Positions 13,365 to 27,300 of a stretch of DNA of 64,000 bases are shown one piece after another. The position numbers were made by a program, and so were the translations under genes. Source of the DNA: Podospora anserina (lineage: Eukaryota); the NCBI GenBank assembly GCA_017654855.1, contig CM030335.1:2976001-3040000 (forward strand), in the 5' to 3' direction. Position 1 is the stretch's first letter. The number at the start of each line of letters is the position of its first letter. The notes below the pieces were generated by a model, which searched no databases, had not been told where the DNA came from, and saw only the letters and a program-made list of their open reading frames with translations.

Positions 13365-16300
13365 TTAGGCTTCGTGCGTTTCCTGCGAATCAATAATCGA
13401 GTCCTGATAATCCCCTATATTCCGATAGGTCTGCAGCTCTTGTGGCTGTGATGCTGTTGAGGGCACTTGTGGTCGTGACCAGAATCGTGGCTGCGATCTC
13501 AAGATAGGGAGACCGGATGCGTCTGTCTCGAGTGCAGGGGATAATGATCTACGACGTCTTCGTATGCCATAGTCTTCTGCGTTTGCGGGCTGGGGCTGGC
13601 TTGACGTCCATGAACCGGCGCTGTTTGGCAGCGGGGTCCTTTCTTCTGGGCTGGGTCTCTGAGGTCCTCCGAGTGTTGAACTGTTAGTTTGGCCAGCTGC
13701 TTGTAAGGCAGTCTGCCCTTGCTGAGGACCTGTTGACTTGGGTGGCTGATCTGGTGAGTCCGGTTCCAAACTGAGGGTTCTTGAGCCCCCTAGGGCAGAG
13801 ATGGGGTGCTCATCAGGCGCTGTTAACGGAGTCGTCTTGCTTCGCGTGGCTCGAGAACCGCCGCTCGCTGGAGCCTTCCTCTTGGTCAGACGCTTTGTCG
13901 CTGGCTTGACAGTGGTGGCCACCGGTGTTGGTCGAGTTGGTGTCGGAATGTTTGGAACAATGTGTTGGATACCCAAAGGAGCCGGACTGGTGCCAGCCTC
14001 AGTAACGCCAGCAATGTTCTCTTGGCTCAACCTACCAGAGGAAGCGCTTCGGGTTACGCGCCTCAAGACTGACTTGGGTTGGAGAGCTTCCCTTCTTCGA
14101 ATCTTCTCCTGGTCTACTGTTGGCGGAACCGGGTCCGGTTCGCTCATGGGGGTTCGGATAACAACTCGCCGTCTTTGGGATCCAGGATCATTCGATGGGC
14201 TGGAGAGAGGAGTGGCAGATGCACCACCCAGCAGCGTGCCGGGGCTCTCTCCCGTCCGGGATCCGGGGCTCCCCAGCAAAGTGGTACTGTCGTCCATGTT
14301 GGCTGTTTCTACCTCCACTCGCGGGCGTTCTTGACGAGAGATGGCAGCCTGCCCCGATGAGTCCTGTGATTGGGAATGCTCCGATGAAGGTTCCGTATTG
14401 AGCGCCTTTAGCCTCTGCGAGAGTGCAAGCTGGGCCAGTGTATGCAAGACGCAGGCTTTGATCTCCTCGACCTTCCCATGCGCAAACTGTTCTCTAATTG
14501 CATCCGTAGGGTGCCCATATTGCCGGGCCCAATCCATCAAACCGGAAGCCATAGCTTCGCACCGAACACGTTGATGATCACGCTCGCTTGATAGCTCAGC
14601 GACTGCCTTTCTCGCTGCATCTCTCTCAGCTTCCAGCGAAGTTACCCGAGCTTTCAGATCCTCAATCTGCTGACTACGCTCTGCCAAACGCTCTGTGGAC
14701 TCTTGAATGACTCTGTTCTTGGTAGCTTCCTCAGCTGCCAGCATCCCTTTCAATGAATCCACTAGATGCGAGTTGCGCTCCCTTTCTTGCTCCTTCTCTT
14801 GAACAACCTTCTCCAAGTGCTGCTGGGCTTGCTCCAAGAATTTTGTCGTGTCGGCGATGACCCGTTCCATCTCATCTCTGGCTTCGCGACGCGCGGTGTC
14901 AGATGCCTTCTGAACGGCCTCCAGAGTCGATTGTTGCCTCTCCTGAATCGCCTCCTCCAGCTTCCTGACCTCGGTGATCAGCTTGTCCCTGTGCTTTTGT
15001 GTCTCTGCCAATAGCCTCTGATCTGCCGACATGGTGCGCTCCATTTCAATGCGAGTTTCACTCTGAGCAGTTTCCGTGGCATTTCTGATCGCAGTCTGGT
15101 GCCGGCTTTCGTTCTCCTGAATCGTCCCCTTCAACATCTTGATTTCTCCAACCAAGGTATCTCTCTGTCTTTCAGTCTGCTGAAGCATCCTTCTGGTGTC
15201 TGCAATTATGCGTTCCATCTCAACTTTGACCTGGTTCCTCGCAGCTTCCGAAACCTGCTTGACGGTGATTTGGTTCGAGTGCTCCTGTTCCCGCAGGGCC
15301 TGGTTGAGCTTGGAGACTTCGATGCCAAATGTTCGTACCTCAGCGGAGTATGTCTCTCCCTTAGACCTAAGCTTGTCTTCGAGCTCTCTGATCGTGGCGG
15401 TCTTTAACTCGACCTCATCGCTGAACTTTTCATTCTCGTCTTCCAGCCGGGAGCCAATGTCCTTCAGACGCTGAATCTCTTCTTGATCATTGCCATGCTG
15501 ACTTTCCATGGCAGAAATATTCTGTTGGAGTGTGTCGATACGCTCAGTTTGCTCCCTGGACTTTTGCTGCAAGGTCACAATCTCTTGCTCGAGTGCTCCA
15601 CAACGAGCCTTCTTCTCTTCAAGAAGGGTGGTCAGTACGGCCTTCTCCTCCGCCTTGAGCGCCAGTTGTTGACCCATTGTGTCGAATTGGCTATCAAGAC
15701 GCTGCAGGACCTTCCATATCTGTGTTTCGATGCAAGTTGACAGCTGACTGGTGGCATCGCTCACAGACTCTCGAGATACCAGCATCACTTCGAGCTTGGC
15801 ATTGATGCTGGAGGAGACCAGTCAGCAAGGACAAATACACGGATATGAATGAACCTACTCGTTGAGGCTTTTTGCTTGTGTCTCTCCCAGACTAGTCGTC
15901 AGTTCAGGTTGGTCGACCACTGTCTGCGATACCTTCTCCAGCTGACAGGAGATGGAATCCAACCACTCATTAGTTTCCTTCGTGGATTCCTCACGTCGAG
16001 AGGACTCCTCCGTAATCAGTTCTCCAATGTTGCAGAGAACTTCCTCATTCTTGGCGGCAAGCTTCTCGAACCTTTCCGATGAAGCTTGGATATCTTGTAT
16101 TCTGGTAGACAAGCCACGAATTGTCTCCTGATCGCGGGCAATCTGATGATCCTTCTCTTCAACCTGTTGTGTCAGAGTACGTATTTTTTCGTACACTACA
16201 GAAAGTCAGCCAGTAATCATGGATGTAAGATGGTTTGGAGACCCACGCTCGGAAGACTCTCTCTTGTTCTGAGCAATGTCCTGATGCACTCGTTCCATGA

Positions 16301-17978
16301 GCGCTTTGCGAACTTTTTCGCCTTTCTGGGCAACTGCCTCTGCCTCGGATATCCTGGCTGATGCAATGTTGCGCACTTCGGTGATCGTCTCCTCACACCG
16401 CGACTTGGTGTCATTGTACAGAGCTCGCTGTTCTTCAATGATACTGTTGCATCGAGATTTGAACGCAGCAAACTTTTCTGCCAGCGTTGTGTTTTGCTGC
16501 TCAAAGTTCTCAAGCTTGGTGTGCAATTCCACAATGCGAGCATCTTTTTCAGCTTCAGATGCTTGAAGATTCTGTATCTCCTTGGACTTCTCGATGCTTC
16601 GGGCAACAAGAGCGGAGGACTCCTCCGCCGCCCTCTCCAGTTCCAGCTTCAGGGACTTGATTTTCTCGCGGTAGCGTTCCCGTTGCTTCAGCAAGGCGGT
16701 CTCCTGATCCATATTGAACTCGTTGAGCACTTCAGCCATGTTACTGGCAAATTTGTGGCGTACACGGACGGTTTGTTGCTTCAGCTCAGGGCTGGATGTG
16801 ACGGACTTGGCTGATGATTTCTCTGGCCTAAGGAAATGTTGATGCTGGGCCTTTCTGGTGTCCGGTGCATCTCTGCGTCTTGATATGTTTGAACTGTGCG
16901 ACTGAGCACGTACATTCCGCATGGATTCATCCACCTTTCGCATGGTTTCTGCCTTCCTGCTTGCTGAGTTCGTCTTTCGAAATGGTTTGATGGCTGGCTG
17001 CATTCGGTGTCGATGGGCCGGCCGATCACCCGGGTGTCGGTGGCTGCGAGACCCTCGAGAGCTGCGAGAATCACCTGTGGTGTGCTTTGGAGCCGAAGGA
17101 TGGATAGAGGTCTTCTTCACTTGGGGTGTTACCTGCGGCGATGAAATTGCGAAATCACTCGGCAACGGATGATGTTGTGGAACATATTGATCAGGCATCT
17201 CGGCGTAGTACTCCGCATTGTTATCGAAACCGTAGTCTTCGTCATCATATCCCGGGTCGGTAGCCATTGCGTTGAGCTTGACAGGTGAGGTGACATCAAT
17301 AATTGAAGGTTCGGCACCATGGACAGTGCTCACTGCGTCCTCAACATATGCTGGCTGAGGATACGTCACATGGGCAGTTGTGACCTTGGGAGAAGGCAGA
17401 TCGGGAAACGGGTGTGGTTGAAATGGCGGGTGTGGCGAGGGTTGTTTGGGCCCGTGGGCAGCTGGATCATTGTTGCGAAAGTCACCGTTATCAGGGAAGG
17501 GTCGAAAGCTCTGGATAGGGGATACTCTTCGGGCGTCCAATGGGTTGGGAATGACCCTATTCCGTCGGTTGCGGCCAGAGAACCGCGTTAGTCCGGGCTT
17601 CCCTTCGATGGTAGGGAACTTGGGTATATGAGCCTGCGGAGGGTCTTTGATATGCTGTTCATGTAGGCCAGTCGGCGTGGTTGGCTTTCCAGGAGAGCGT
17701 GCTGTAAACCGGTTGGGGACGACAGTGACAGGAGGGCCGTAAGAGAAACTCTTGGTGGCATCTGGCTCGGTGGAATGGTCTTCCGGGATCTGCGGAAGCT
17801 TACCGTTCTCGATATCAGTCAAATCAACGATGTTCTTGGGATTGGCTGGCTTCTCTGCTGGTAGCGTTTGCTCCGTATTCGGGGACTGTCCGTCGTTCGG
17901 GGAGCTGTCAAATGGTTTCCGGGTCATCTGACCACGCCCGTGGGATGTATCGAATTCGGTGGGAAAAGGCTGCTCCAT
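13365..17978 (-). CDS. Large (~1503 aa) coiled-coil protein with disordered N- and C-termini; exons 17978-16247, 16195-15859, 15807-13365; further 5' exons possible
   Basis: Three ORFs joined in frame by two 51-nt GT-AG introns; long E/Q/K/R-rich central region and S/T-P-rich basic tail. Confidence 0.8.
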
Positions 17979-19849
17979 GGTGTTGATGGTGTCTGGGAAA
18001 CGAGAAGGGTGTTGGATTGGCCAGCAAGTCCTAAGGCCTGATACAGCCAGTCAAGAGGAGGACTCCAGGCCCAGCACAGAAATTAGTAGGGAGTATGTTA
18101 CACAGATGATGTACTCAAGAGTGAGAAAGGGGTCAAATGGCGATTGTCTCCTGCATGGATGATACCGCCCAGGCTTGTGGATTGTTGACGCCGTTGATTG
18201 ACAGTTGCACTCTGGATGAGCGAATGGAAGGGGGACATGGAAGAATTTGGCAGAGGCAAAGTTGAACAAGAGCGTGACTTCCTTCAGTAGCCTCTTGCCT
18301 GTCCCTGCACTTCAAGTTGTCGTGCCTTCCAAGCAGGGAGACCGGAGCTCGGGCGACCCCCGCCATCGGACCCTTTTTCTGCCTGAAACTTCGGGAAGCC
18401 ATGAAATATGTATTCCGGTGGGATTAAATAAATCAAGAAAAACTTCCAAGTCCGATGCCATATTTGCGCTGTGAGGTCAAAGGCGGCAGAATGAGTTGTC
18501 TGGTGTGAGGTAAGGACTTGAGATACAATCAGAACTCATCTCCGAGGCAAGTTGGTTATTTCCCACGATCGATAATTAGAGTTATTCTCTGTTCACGAGG
18601 TTATGGATGAGGGAGTTCATAGACAGTTTACGCCTGAACCATGATGCTCCCCCCCTGATTTTGCACCTCTCGAAAAGAAAACAAACGGGCGGCGTTGACA
18701 GGGAAATGATAGTGGGGTAACGCTAAGGGTATATTCGACAATGTTGCCGAAAATAGAACCATGTTTGTCAACCCTCTTCCTTCATGCCATCTGCAACAGC
18801 AAGAGAGTGTCCCGGAAAACCTAAAACTTCATGTTTCTTTGACGGTTTGTCGAAGCGCTCATGGAAGCCCAGTAGACTGCTTGCCGCCGGGAATCCTACC
18901 AAGCCCGACAGCCCCGACTCTGAAGCAAAGCGGCAAACGACACACTCTCCAGCCACAGACCCAGTCCTTCTTATTCCAAAAATGCGACAAGAACAACACC
19001 ACAGTCGGCACTGGATTCTCGTGATGAGAGCAAAAAGAAAAAAAGTTGAACAGAATGTGAGGTTCGGATAAGAGTGAGGGGTACACTGTGATAAGCAGCC
19101 ATCACTAACACCTCTACAAGTGCGCTATTGGTGTGATATGCCAAGGCTCCTTACAGCATCACACATGCCTTGGTGACATCCAGTCAAAAGACAGCATCTC
19201 GATAGGTGTGATGTGATTTGGAGCGGTTTTCTACACAGAGAATGGCATGATTTGATCGCTCACATTTAGCACAAGGTAGGTACATAGAGCCATCTATGCG
19301 AACCGTTCAGCAAAATCGACTTTGGTCTCACTTCAACATCGCAGGCTTGCGGTCTCAATTGACGTTATCCATCAACCACGCCTCATATTCAGGTACCATC
19401 ACCATCACCATGCAAGATCTCGCCCTGCAATTGCCACCACCATGCACATGTGCCCAAACGGCGCTTCGTTTTCTTTTCCTTTTCTTCACGAGGGTGAAGT
19501 CCCTCGAGCGCTCGAGCCGCCCACCCCTCTTGCCCATTCCCTCCTCCCATTCGTCGGCCCATCGATCTCCCCCTGAGCCCCTGTCACCTCTTCCCGCCCT
19601 ACAGCCCGCCAAGACATCCAAAAGACCAGGGTCCAGGCTACAAGCCCGGGCGCTTGCAAGTCCAATGAGATGCAACCTTTACTTTGAAACCTTCCGATAT
19701 GCATGTCAGTTGCTATACAAAGCCCTCTGTGCTTCGCAAGTGCCGAGTGAGTTCACCTCCCATGTGGGGAAACTCCAGTTCACTACCAGGGGAGTTATGC
19801 AGCAGGCGTCACAGTCACCTCTTCCTCTCCTTGCGTAGTGAGGAAGAGC

Positions 19850-19880
19850 TGATAGGTGATAGGTGATAGGTGATAGGTAG
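19850..19880. repeat. Tandem heptamer (TGATAGG) x4 containing four GATA cores
   Basis: tgataggtgataggtgataggtgatagg seen directly. Confidence 0.8.
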
Positions 19881-20306
19881 CGAGAAAATGGTGGTGGTGT
19901 TCATGCTATAATACCAAAATCCCCATCCTATACCGGACAAGTGATGGAAGGTCGATCTCTGCTTGGCCGCCTCCCCTCCTCTTCCACCCAAGTACCCCTG
20001 ATGTCTCTTCCCGCCGTCGTCGGGCAGTGTGTTGCTGCTCAGTCCTAAATACCGGCCCCTACCCTCACTAAGCCGCACACCTGCGGCGCTTCCGCCTTTT
20101 TTTCTTTTCTTCCCCTTCTCATATTCTGGTGTTTGTACAATCCCGGCTGCTGCCTTTTCTTTTCCAATCTATCCAGTTCTGTGAATAACCTCATCTATCC
20201 AACTCTCGCGCTGCTGGTCGCGCATTTCATACCTCCCTCCCGAAACCGAGATAGTTCTTTTGAGAAGACACACGAACAACAGCGGAGCAAAAGCACAACA
20301 GCAAAT

Positions 20307-20837
20307 ATGGCACCCCACCCTCAAACAGACAACTCCCCCTTCCCCCTAACCCCAACCGAAGACGACGTCGCCGGCCACGGCACCCCAGACGATGGCTCCC
20401 TCGCGGGCGCGAGCGGCACCTCCTCAGGCGGCATCACCATCTCCCGGGGTGCCCTCGTAGCCATCATCGTTGTCGTCGTCGTGGTTGCTTTAGCAGGGAG
20501 CATGTTTCCCCTTTCCTCACCCCAACCCCCCCTTTTCTGATCATCACTAACATCTCCCGCAGTCGCTTCCTCAGTCCTCTTCTACGTCGCCAAAAAGCGC
20601 GAGTGGACCGTCAAGGAAACGATTCGCCGTTCCGCAAGAAAGGTCGTCACCGCCCTCACCCCACGCCGCTCCGAGTTCCCTCGCAGCGTCAAAGAAGGCG
20701 GCGGGAGCAGGAACGGAAGGGTAAAGCTCGATGACGTCCCGCCTACCCCTAGACTTACGCCTGAACGCCTGGAAGATTTGGAAAAGGGACTCGAGGGGAA
20801 GAAGAGGAATAAAAAGTCAAACTTTAGCCGGAAGTAG
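20307..20837 (+). CDS. Small single-pass membrane protein; exons 20307-20499, 20563-20837 (GC-AG intron)
   Basis: TM segment GALVAIIVVVVVVALAG|IASSVLFYVAKKREW followed by a basic tail (RRSARKVVTALTPRRSEFP); branch CTAAC and CAG acceptor at 20562. Confidence 0.8.
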
Positions 20838-21076
20838 AGGTCAGGCGTAGGGAGGGATGAGGCGATGTGAGAGAGAGGGATAGAGAAGGGGTAGCTGGAA
20901 TTATGAGGCGGGTAGACGATGATTCGGGGAAGGGTTATGGTTGGACAAGGAACGGATTTCGATACCATTTTGCATCAAGAGGCTCTCACTCGATGCAAAC
21001 AACAGACAGATATCACGTACCAATATCGCTTGTATAATAAACAACAACAGCTATAAACCTCAGGGTATCTGACCAT

Positions 21077-23094
21077 CTACATTTTCCGGAACACGTTACT
21101 GCTCGCACTCCTCCTCCCATCATCCCTCCTCTTCCCCTCCGGCCTCGGCGGCGGCGGCTCCTGCTTCTTCTTCTTGGACTCCGGCACAAACGTGATCGCC
21201 TGCTCACCCACAATCTCCTTCTTCCCAGCCAACCTCGACTCCCTGGTATCCTTCTGCGTCCTATCCCCAAACGCAAGATCCCTAATCTTCCCACCGCGAG
21301 GAGCAGTCGACGAAGAAACCTGCATAACCACCTCGTCCTTGCTCTTCTTCTTGGGCTTTTCCTCCTCCTCCTCAGATTCGCTACCACTAAAGTCCGTCGA
21401 GTTGGCATCCGCCATGTCAACATCTTGTTGTTGACCAGGCTTGCCACCAACAACAGTGCTGGGGTTAAGAGACCTGAACTCCCTGCTGAGCTCATCAACC
21501 TTGAACTCCTCATCCTCGAACAGCTTCGCGAAACGTTCGTCACCCAGGATCCCAGCTTCGGGGTCCACCTTGCCTCTGTTTTCCTGTCTCTGGAGCACCT
21601 TGTCGGCAAGTTTCTGGTTGACCTTGACCTTCTTGGTGCCTCTGATTCTGCTGCTGCGCTCCTTCTCGAGCTTCTCCTTGACCCTCTTTGCGCGCTCCTC
21701 TTCCCAGATGTACGGGTTGGCAATAAGACGGGCTTGGTCGTAGAGCTTCGCATGCGCAAAGTAACCGTGCATGTATGGCCGGAGAAGGTTGGTTTTGCCG
21801 ATAAGATGGTCGAGGCTGAGCTCTCTGAGTTCTGGCAGGGTGAGGAATTTGTAGTTGTCGTAGGTCTCCGTCTGGGTCTCGTTCTCCATTTCGTGGACGA
21901 GGTTGTCGAGGAACGTGCACCACTTGGGTGCGAGGCCGAGATTTGGAATAAAGAAGCTGTGCATGTGCTTGCCCTCGTTAGCCGTCAAAAGCATACCGGA
22001 ATCTGGCACATGGACTACATCATTGAGGTCAACCATTGGCTCAATCGAGGTCCAGAGATCGCCGCTGTGTTCATCCCAGATTTTGATAATTCTCTTGTCG
22101 GCCGAGAGAAGCTTGCGCTCCTCTGTGGGTGTCCTCATGTGAATCAGCTTCTTGATCGGAAGACCCATGCCCTGATCCTTCTTCATTAATGGACGCGGGT
22201 TTCTGAGGTCAAACACTCTGATCTGGCCCGTGCTCGTTCCCAAAGCCAGCGAAAGCCCATCGTTGCTGTAATCGAGTGCCGTGACCTCGCCGTCTTGGTT
22301 CCCCAAAACAGCCACGCGCCCCTTGCTGCGTGGATCGAAAAACTCAACGGTTCCAATTGTAGTACCGAAAGCACAGAGGCCGTGTGTCCTTTCCGCTACC
22401 GCCGCCACATTGACCGCACCAGCATGGATTCCACCCTGCAAACCGACACCCGCATCATCCTCTCCTACATCAACCTGCCATGGTCGCAGGAACTGGCCAC
22501 GCTCGAGATCTAACCGGAAGACCTCGCCGAACCCCGAACCATCAGAGCTCACACCAACAGCTGGTACCAGCACCTCGGTGCTCTGTCTGAGATAGGCCAG
22601 ATCTCTGCCGAATCTTGGAAGGCGAACATCGTAGTGGCAGCCCATAGGTGTGTGGAACTCGAGTGATCGATCGTTCTGCAGGTGAACACTCTTCGTATAA
22701 TCGGAGCTGAGAAGCATGAACGTCGTATTTTCGGATTTGGTGTGGCGCGCAAAGGAAAGAGACAACTCGGCGGTCGAGTGAACGTGGAACTGGGGCTTGT
22801 ACGTGCCCGAGCTCATGATCCAGTTGCCATCCTCGCTGACCCGTACGCAGTTGCTTGCCTCCTCGAACTCGAATTCCTGAAGCAGCTCGAAATTATTGAG
22901 GTTTTCGGGGTCATATTTGGAGGATCTCTTCCTGCGGCGCGCAAGCCAGTCTGGCAGCGGCCGAGCTGTCGAGGGACCTGCGACGGTGTAGCTGATTTCG
23001 GTTAGTTCTGCTTGCAATTCCCTGAAAAAGAGGGAGCGATAGAAAGAGAGATTGAAACTTACACGGGAACCGCTCCCGGATTTGTCAACTTCAT
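21077..23094 (-). CDS. ENP2: Ribosome biogenesis WD40 protein Enp2/NOL10; exons 23094-23063, 22991-21077
   Basis: MKLTNPGAVPV|YTVAGPSTARPLPDWL, GTYKPQ, LGLAPKWCTFLDNL, YDNYKFLT, LRPYMHGYF, NUC153-like DERFAKLFEDEEF. Confidence 0.95.
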
Positions 23095-23410
23095 GGTGTG
23101 TGGTGATGCTGCAGGTGAAGAAAAGAAATCTCGGCGCAAAGGCTCTGAGATGGACTTGGGTTGGCTCTGGGGGGGCAGAAACCAAAAAGTTTCAATCGTT
23201 GGGGCCCGAAACGGAAGGCGGACAGAATTCTTCTGCTGCACGGTCCATGGAGTTTGCACTCCTCTAGCGCCGGAAATCTCCGTTCCCAGCGTTCAAAGGT
23301 GGGTCAAAACGGTGACAGTAGAAGGTGGGTCTTGAATCTTGAAGCTTGTTTTATCCCCGCCTGTTTTTAAGTGTCTTGAAGACTTGAGGACATAGGTCCT
23401 TGTTGAGCCG

Positions 23411-23448
23411 CAGTAATGGGTTCTGTTGTCAGTAATGGGTTCTGTTGT
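23411..23448. repeat. Perfect 19-bp tandem duplication (CAGTAATGGGTTCTGTTGT x2)
   Basis: Seen directly in the ENP2-MED13 divergent intergenic region. Confidence 0.85.
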
Positions 23449-24372
23449 TAGAGAGGGAGAGGATGTCCACGGTGTATCATGAGTCTATCACCTGCTCATG
23501 TTTTGGTGTCTCTCTCTCAGCTACTCTAGACTCTGGACTGTGGCTTGCTGTAGCGTGAGCCATGTATGTTTGACAACAGCTGGTATCTCCATAGCTGTAA
23601 ACAAAGCTACGAAATCCAATACTCTAGATAAAACGTAGTCTTTTCAACATAGAAGAACACGATAAATAGTAGAAGTGAGCGAGCATTGATGAGACCCAGA
23701 TTGGTCATGCCCCATGTGCTACCCATGCAGGCTCGGTGGGGCAGTGGGCTTGGCGCAGCTAGTCCCTCTCCGCCATATCGGGTACGGGGGGGCCTGTGCA
23801 GCATCTGTACAACGACGCAAGAACAGCCTGAAGTTGCACCAGGCCCTCCGACACCAGCGCCCTCTCTCAACCTCATCGCATCGAGGCCCCGATCGATTCC
23901 ATCGCGAACACCCTTCTGGGATACCGCCCCGAGCTATACTGCAATACCACCCCGAATTGGCCCGCAACAGGACCCGTGTTGCCACGCGCCTCCCGTCGAC
24001 TGATTCGAGAACCGAGACCACGAAACCCCATTTGCGCAATCTGCACCTTTTCATGTCTCTGGCCACGAGGAGCCCGTGATTCGCGGAGACGCCCTCAAAC
24101 ATCCCGGGGCTCCTCCGCTGCTGCCATGGAGCTCGGCACTCCGTCACATAGAGCACCAAGTCATCCATCGAAACTGTCTCCCGCTGCTGCCCCCGGGAGA
24201 CCACACCGTCCCATACTGCCCGACAACGCCCTCGCACCGCCCATTCTCGTCGCTTGATCCGGATGGTGCTTTCTGCGCATGTCCCGGCTTACCACACGAC
24301 CGCTTCTCCGACGTCAGCCTTGGGTGGACGCTGCTCCCCCTGTGACGCGACGCCTTGCGCGACACCACCGAT

Positions 24373-27300
24373 ATGGAGGCTGGGGACTATGACACCAATA
24401 CTCTGTTAATTGTAAGAACGCTGCGCATACCCGTTTGGCCCCTCGATCCTATGCTAACATGTCGGACCTATCCTAGAACAACCTCTCTGCCGTTTCTTAT
24501 CGTATCTATGAACCCATTGCGTCCCACGCTTACACTTTTAATGCCTCCGATGTCCACGATGCGCTGCGCAACGATGGCCACCTGGTATATATGGACAGTG
24601 TCCGCCATGGAATATGGTGCTTCTACCTCTCCACCGCCGACCCTGCCGTGAATCCAGAGTCGATTGGCCTTTTTGCGAGGATGGTGGTCTGCGGCTACAC
24701 GTTGGGTCTTGTGGGAGAGGGGCACTTTAGGCCCGTTGATTTGTTCAAGAGTCGCATGTCGGGCGGGGATCCCATCAACACGCCGAGCAGCTCGTCTTCG
24801 GCCGGATTTGCCGCCGATATGGGGCTGCAAAGAGCCCAGTCTTTCAACATGCCGACACCAACAACGGTTGGAAATGTGGTTCTGGCTGACGTCAAGGGCT
24901 ATGCTTCGGTGCCTATTCCCGAGATCCACCGATACTTCATGAAAGCTGCGTTAGAGTCCCTGACGACCTATTTCTGCCGACAAATAGGTGCCATCGCCCT
25001 GAACCCCCGTGCTGTCCTGCTTCCACCCGAGGCTCTCAATACGGACGATGCCGACCATGTCTCGGCCCTGGCGACCTTCCGGGTGTATTTGACAACCACT
25101 GGAACACTTGTTATCTCGCTCAATGTTTCCCTCTCCAAGAGCCTGGTTGCATGTTCACGGCCTTTTCAAGGTAGCATGATGCCTCCCAGTCCAATTCTAG
25201 CCGCCCCATTTGGACATTTTGGAACCTTGCAGGGCATTCTTGATACGGATAACCAGGGCACTGAAAATGGGTTCGTTCAGTCCCCAGATACCCAGATTGG
25301 CCGGTTAAGGTCTGGGTCAGGGGAAAGGTTTTCTCAGTGGAAGACGTTGGTCTGCGAAGTCTTGAAAATGCATGGCATGTCATCCAGCATCTTGAATGGA
25401 TGCTCGTGGTTAAATGTCCACTTTTCGCAAAGGAAACCATACGAACAGCGAGGCGACGGAAAGAATACACCGCTCGTCAACTCGGGTCCAAATGCGCCAT
25501 GGCCATCTGTTTTGTGTTTTCGAAGAGCAAGGGTGGAGCCAGTGAGCGATGTCGACTTTGACAAGGCGGTGCCAGGGAATGCTGGAGAGCATGGTGATCC
25601 TCTGAGCATGGTGAAGAGTTGGTGTCAAGGGTTGTCTAAGCGAGAGGAGGATATGTCACAAAGAAAAAAAGAACGGGAAGCTGCGCTTCTTCGTGAAAAA
25701 GCCGAAGTGGACGGGAGAAATATCCAGCTTAACGGTCACTCGCCAATGAACCCCCGGCGACCAAGTAACGCAGGACCAGCTCTAACAGCAGCAGGCGTCA
25801 TGTACCCGACACCGCCGGATGGAGTTCTTCAGCCAGGAGTTATGCCCTTGTTCGATGGGACAACGGTCAGCCCAGCGAATCTCCCCCCCCAAAATGCGGT
25901 GGTCGATATGGAAGTAAATATACAACAGGATGTTTCAATGACGGATGGCTTTGGTGTTGGATGGGATGGTCAGGAGTCGAAACCTGAACCGACAACGGCT
26001 GGGTTCACAGACGAGCATATGTATGGCGATTTGGACGAGGATATGTTTGGAGGAAACGAACTCACGGATGCCGACTTCAGCTTCTTTGATCAGCCAGCGG
26101 ATAATCTGGATCTAGACTCTCATCAAGTGGACGGCACCGGGCCTTCTATGGACCTCCAGTTAACGAATAACACAGCGGCTCAAGAACCCGGACGAGCTAC
26201 CCAAGGACCGAATAGTCGTCAACCAGGCCCTACAAATGCACAACCACAGTTTACGAAACCCGAACTTAAACACGCTCGCAGTATTCTCGCTGAGAGTCGA
26301 CAGCAAATAAACGCCCAAAATTTTAATCATAATTCGGCAGTGGGTATCAAGAGGCAGACCAGTCCCTTCAACCCAGAAACTGTCTTCAAGAAAATCAAAG
26401 CCTCCCTTCAGCCAGTACCTCCCTCACGGGTGGCACCCAAAGGCGGTCCTCCGCGGCGCCGGAGCGTGTATGAGAGGGTGGAATTCAACCCTGCCCTTTC
26501 ACTTGATAGCGTCAAGTATCAAGCGAGCGGACCATTTACGTACCAGCCACCAACACTAAACAGCTATCTGCCAAACGAGGGCCCTCTAACCACCGGTCGC
26601 CTGCTCGGATCTGCCAAACAACGGCGAAACATCAAAGAGTTGTCGTTTGATCTGCTTGGCTTACAGAAGAGGATCAACGGTGCAGGTGCCAGTCCAGCCA
26701 AAAGAGACGAAGGACTCTCGGATGACGACGAAAGTAGTTTGGAATCGGATGATGATACGACAAGCAATGTCAGCGCACGCGCCTCTTCTCCAGCAAAGTC
26801 GAGTGTGCTGAGAAGGCGGCCTGACGATGATGTTATTTCCATGGCGGCTTCGTTCAAGGACCTGGAGAATTATGCCACCGACTCCCCCGGTTACTCTCCG
26901 AATGACTTGATCCGCCTTTCCAACTCGGAAGTGCCAGAGTTGTCGCTGACGAGGTGGTTTGCAGACCCGGAGCCGGTGCCACTCCGTATATCTGTCTCGG
27001 ACGATGATTTTATTACTGTTGCGCAGGTCCTTACCGAGCAAGCGGCTGGTGGGACTTTGAGATTGGAGCCAGAAAGACCATGCTCCGAGATCCGGGACAC
27101 ACGTCAGGGGTTGGTAGATGCCATTCGGTACTCTATTCAGGGACTTCAACGGGCTTTGCCACGGGCACTGATGGGTGCGACTGAGTGCCATTTTCGGGCG
27201 TTTGCTGAGGTTCAGGATGTGCCATTATTGGTTCAGCCAGTCCAGCCACAGAGTCGGGTGCAAATGAGGCCGGCTGATCTAGGCAGGCCAACATTTCAAA

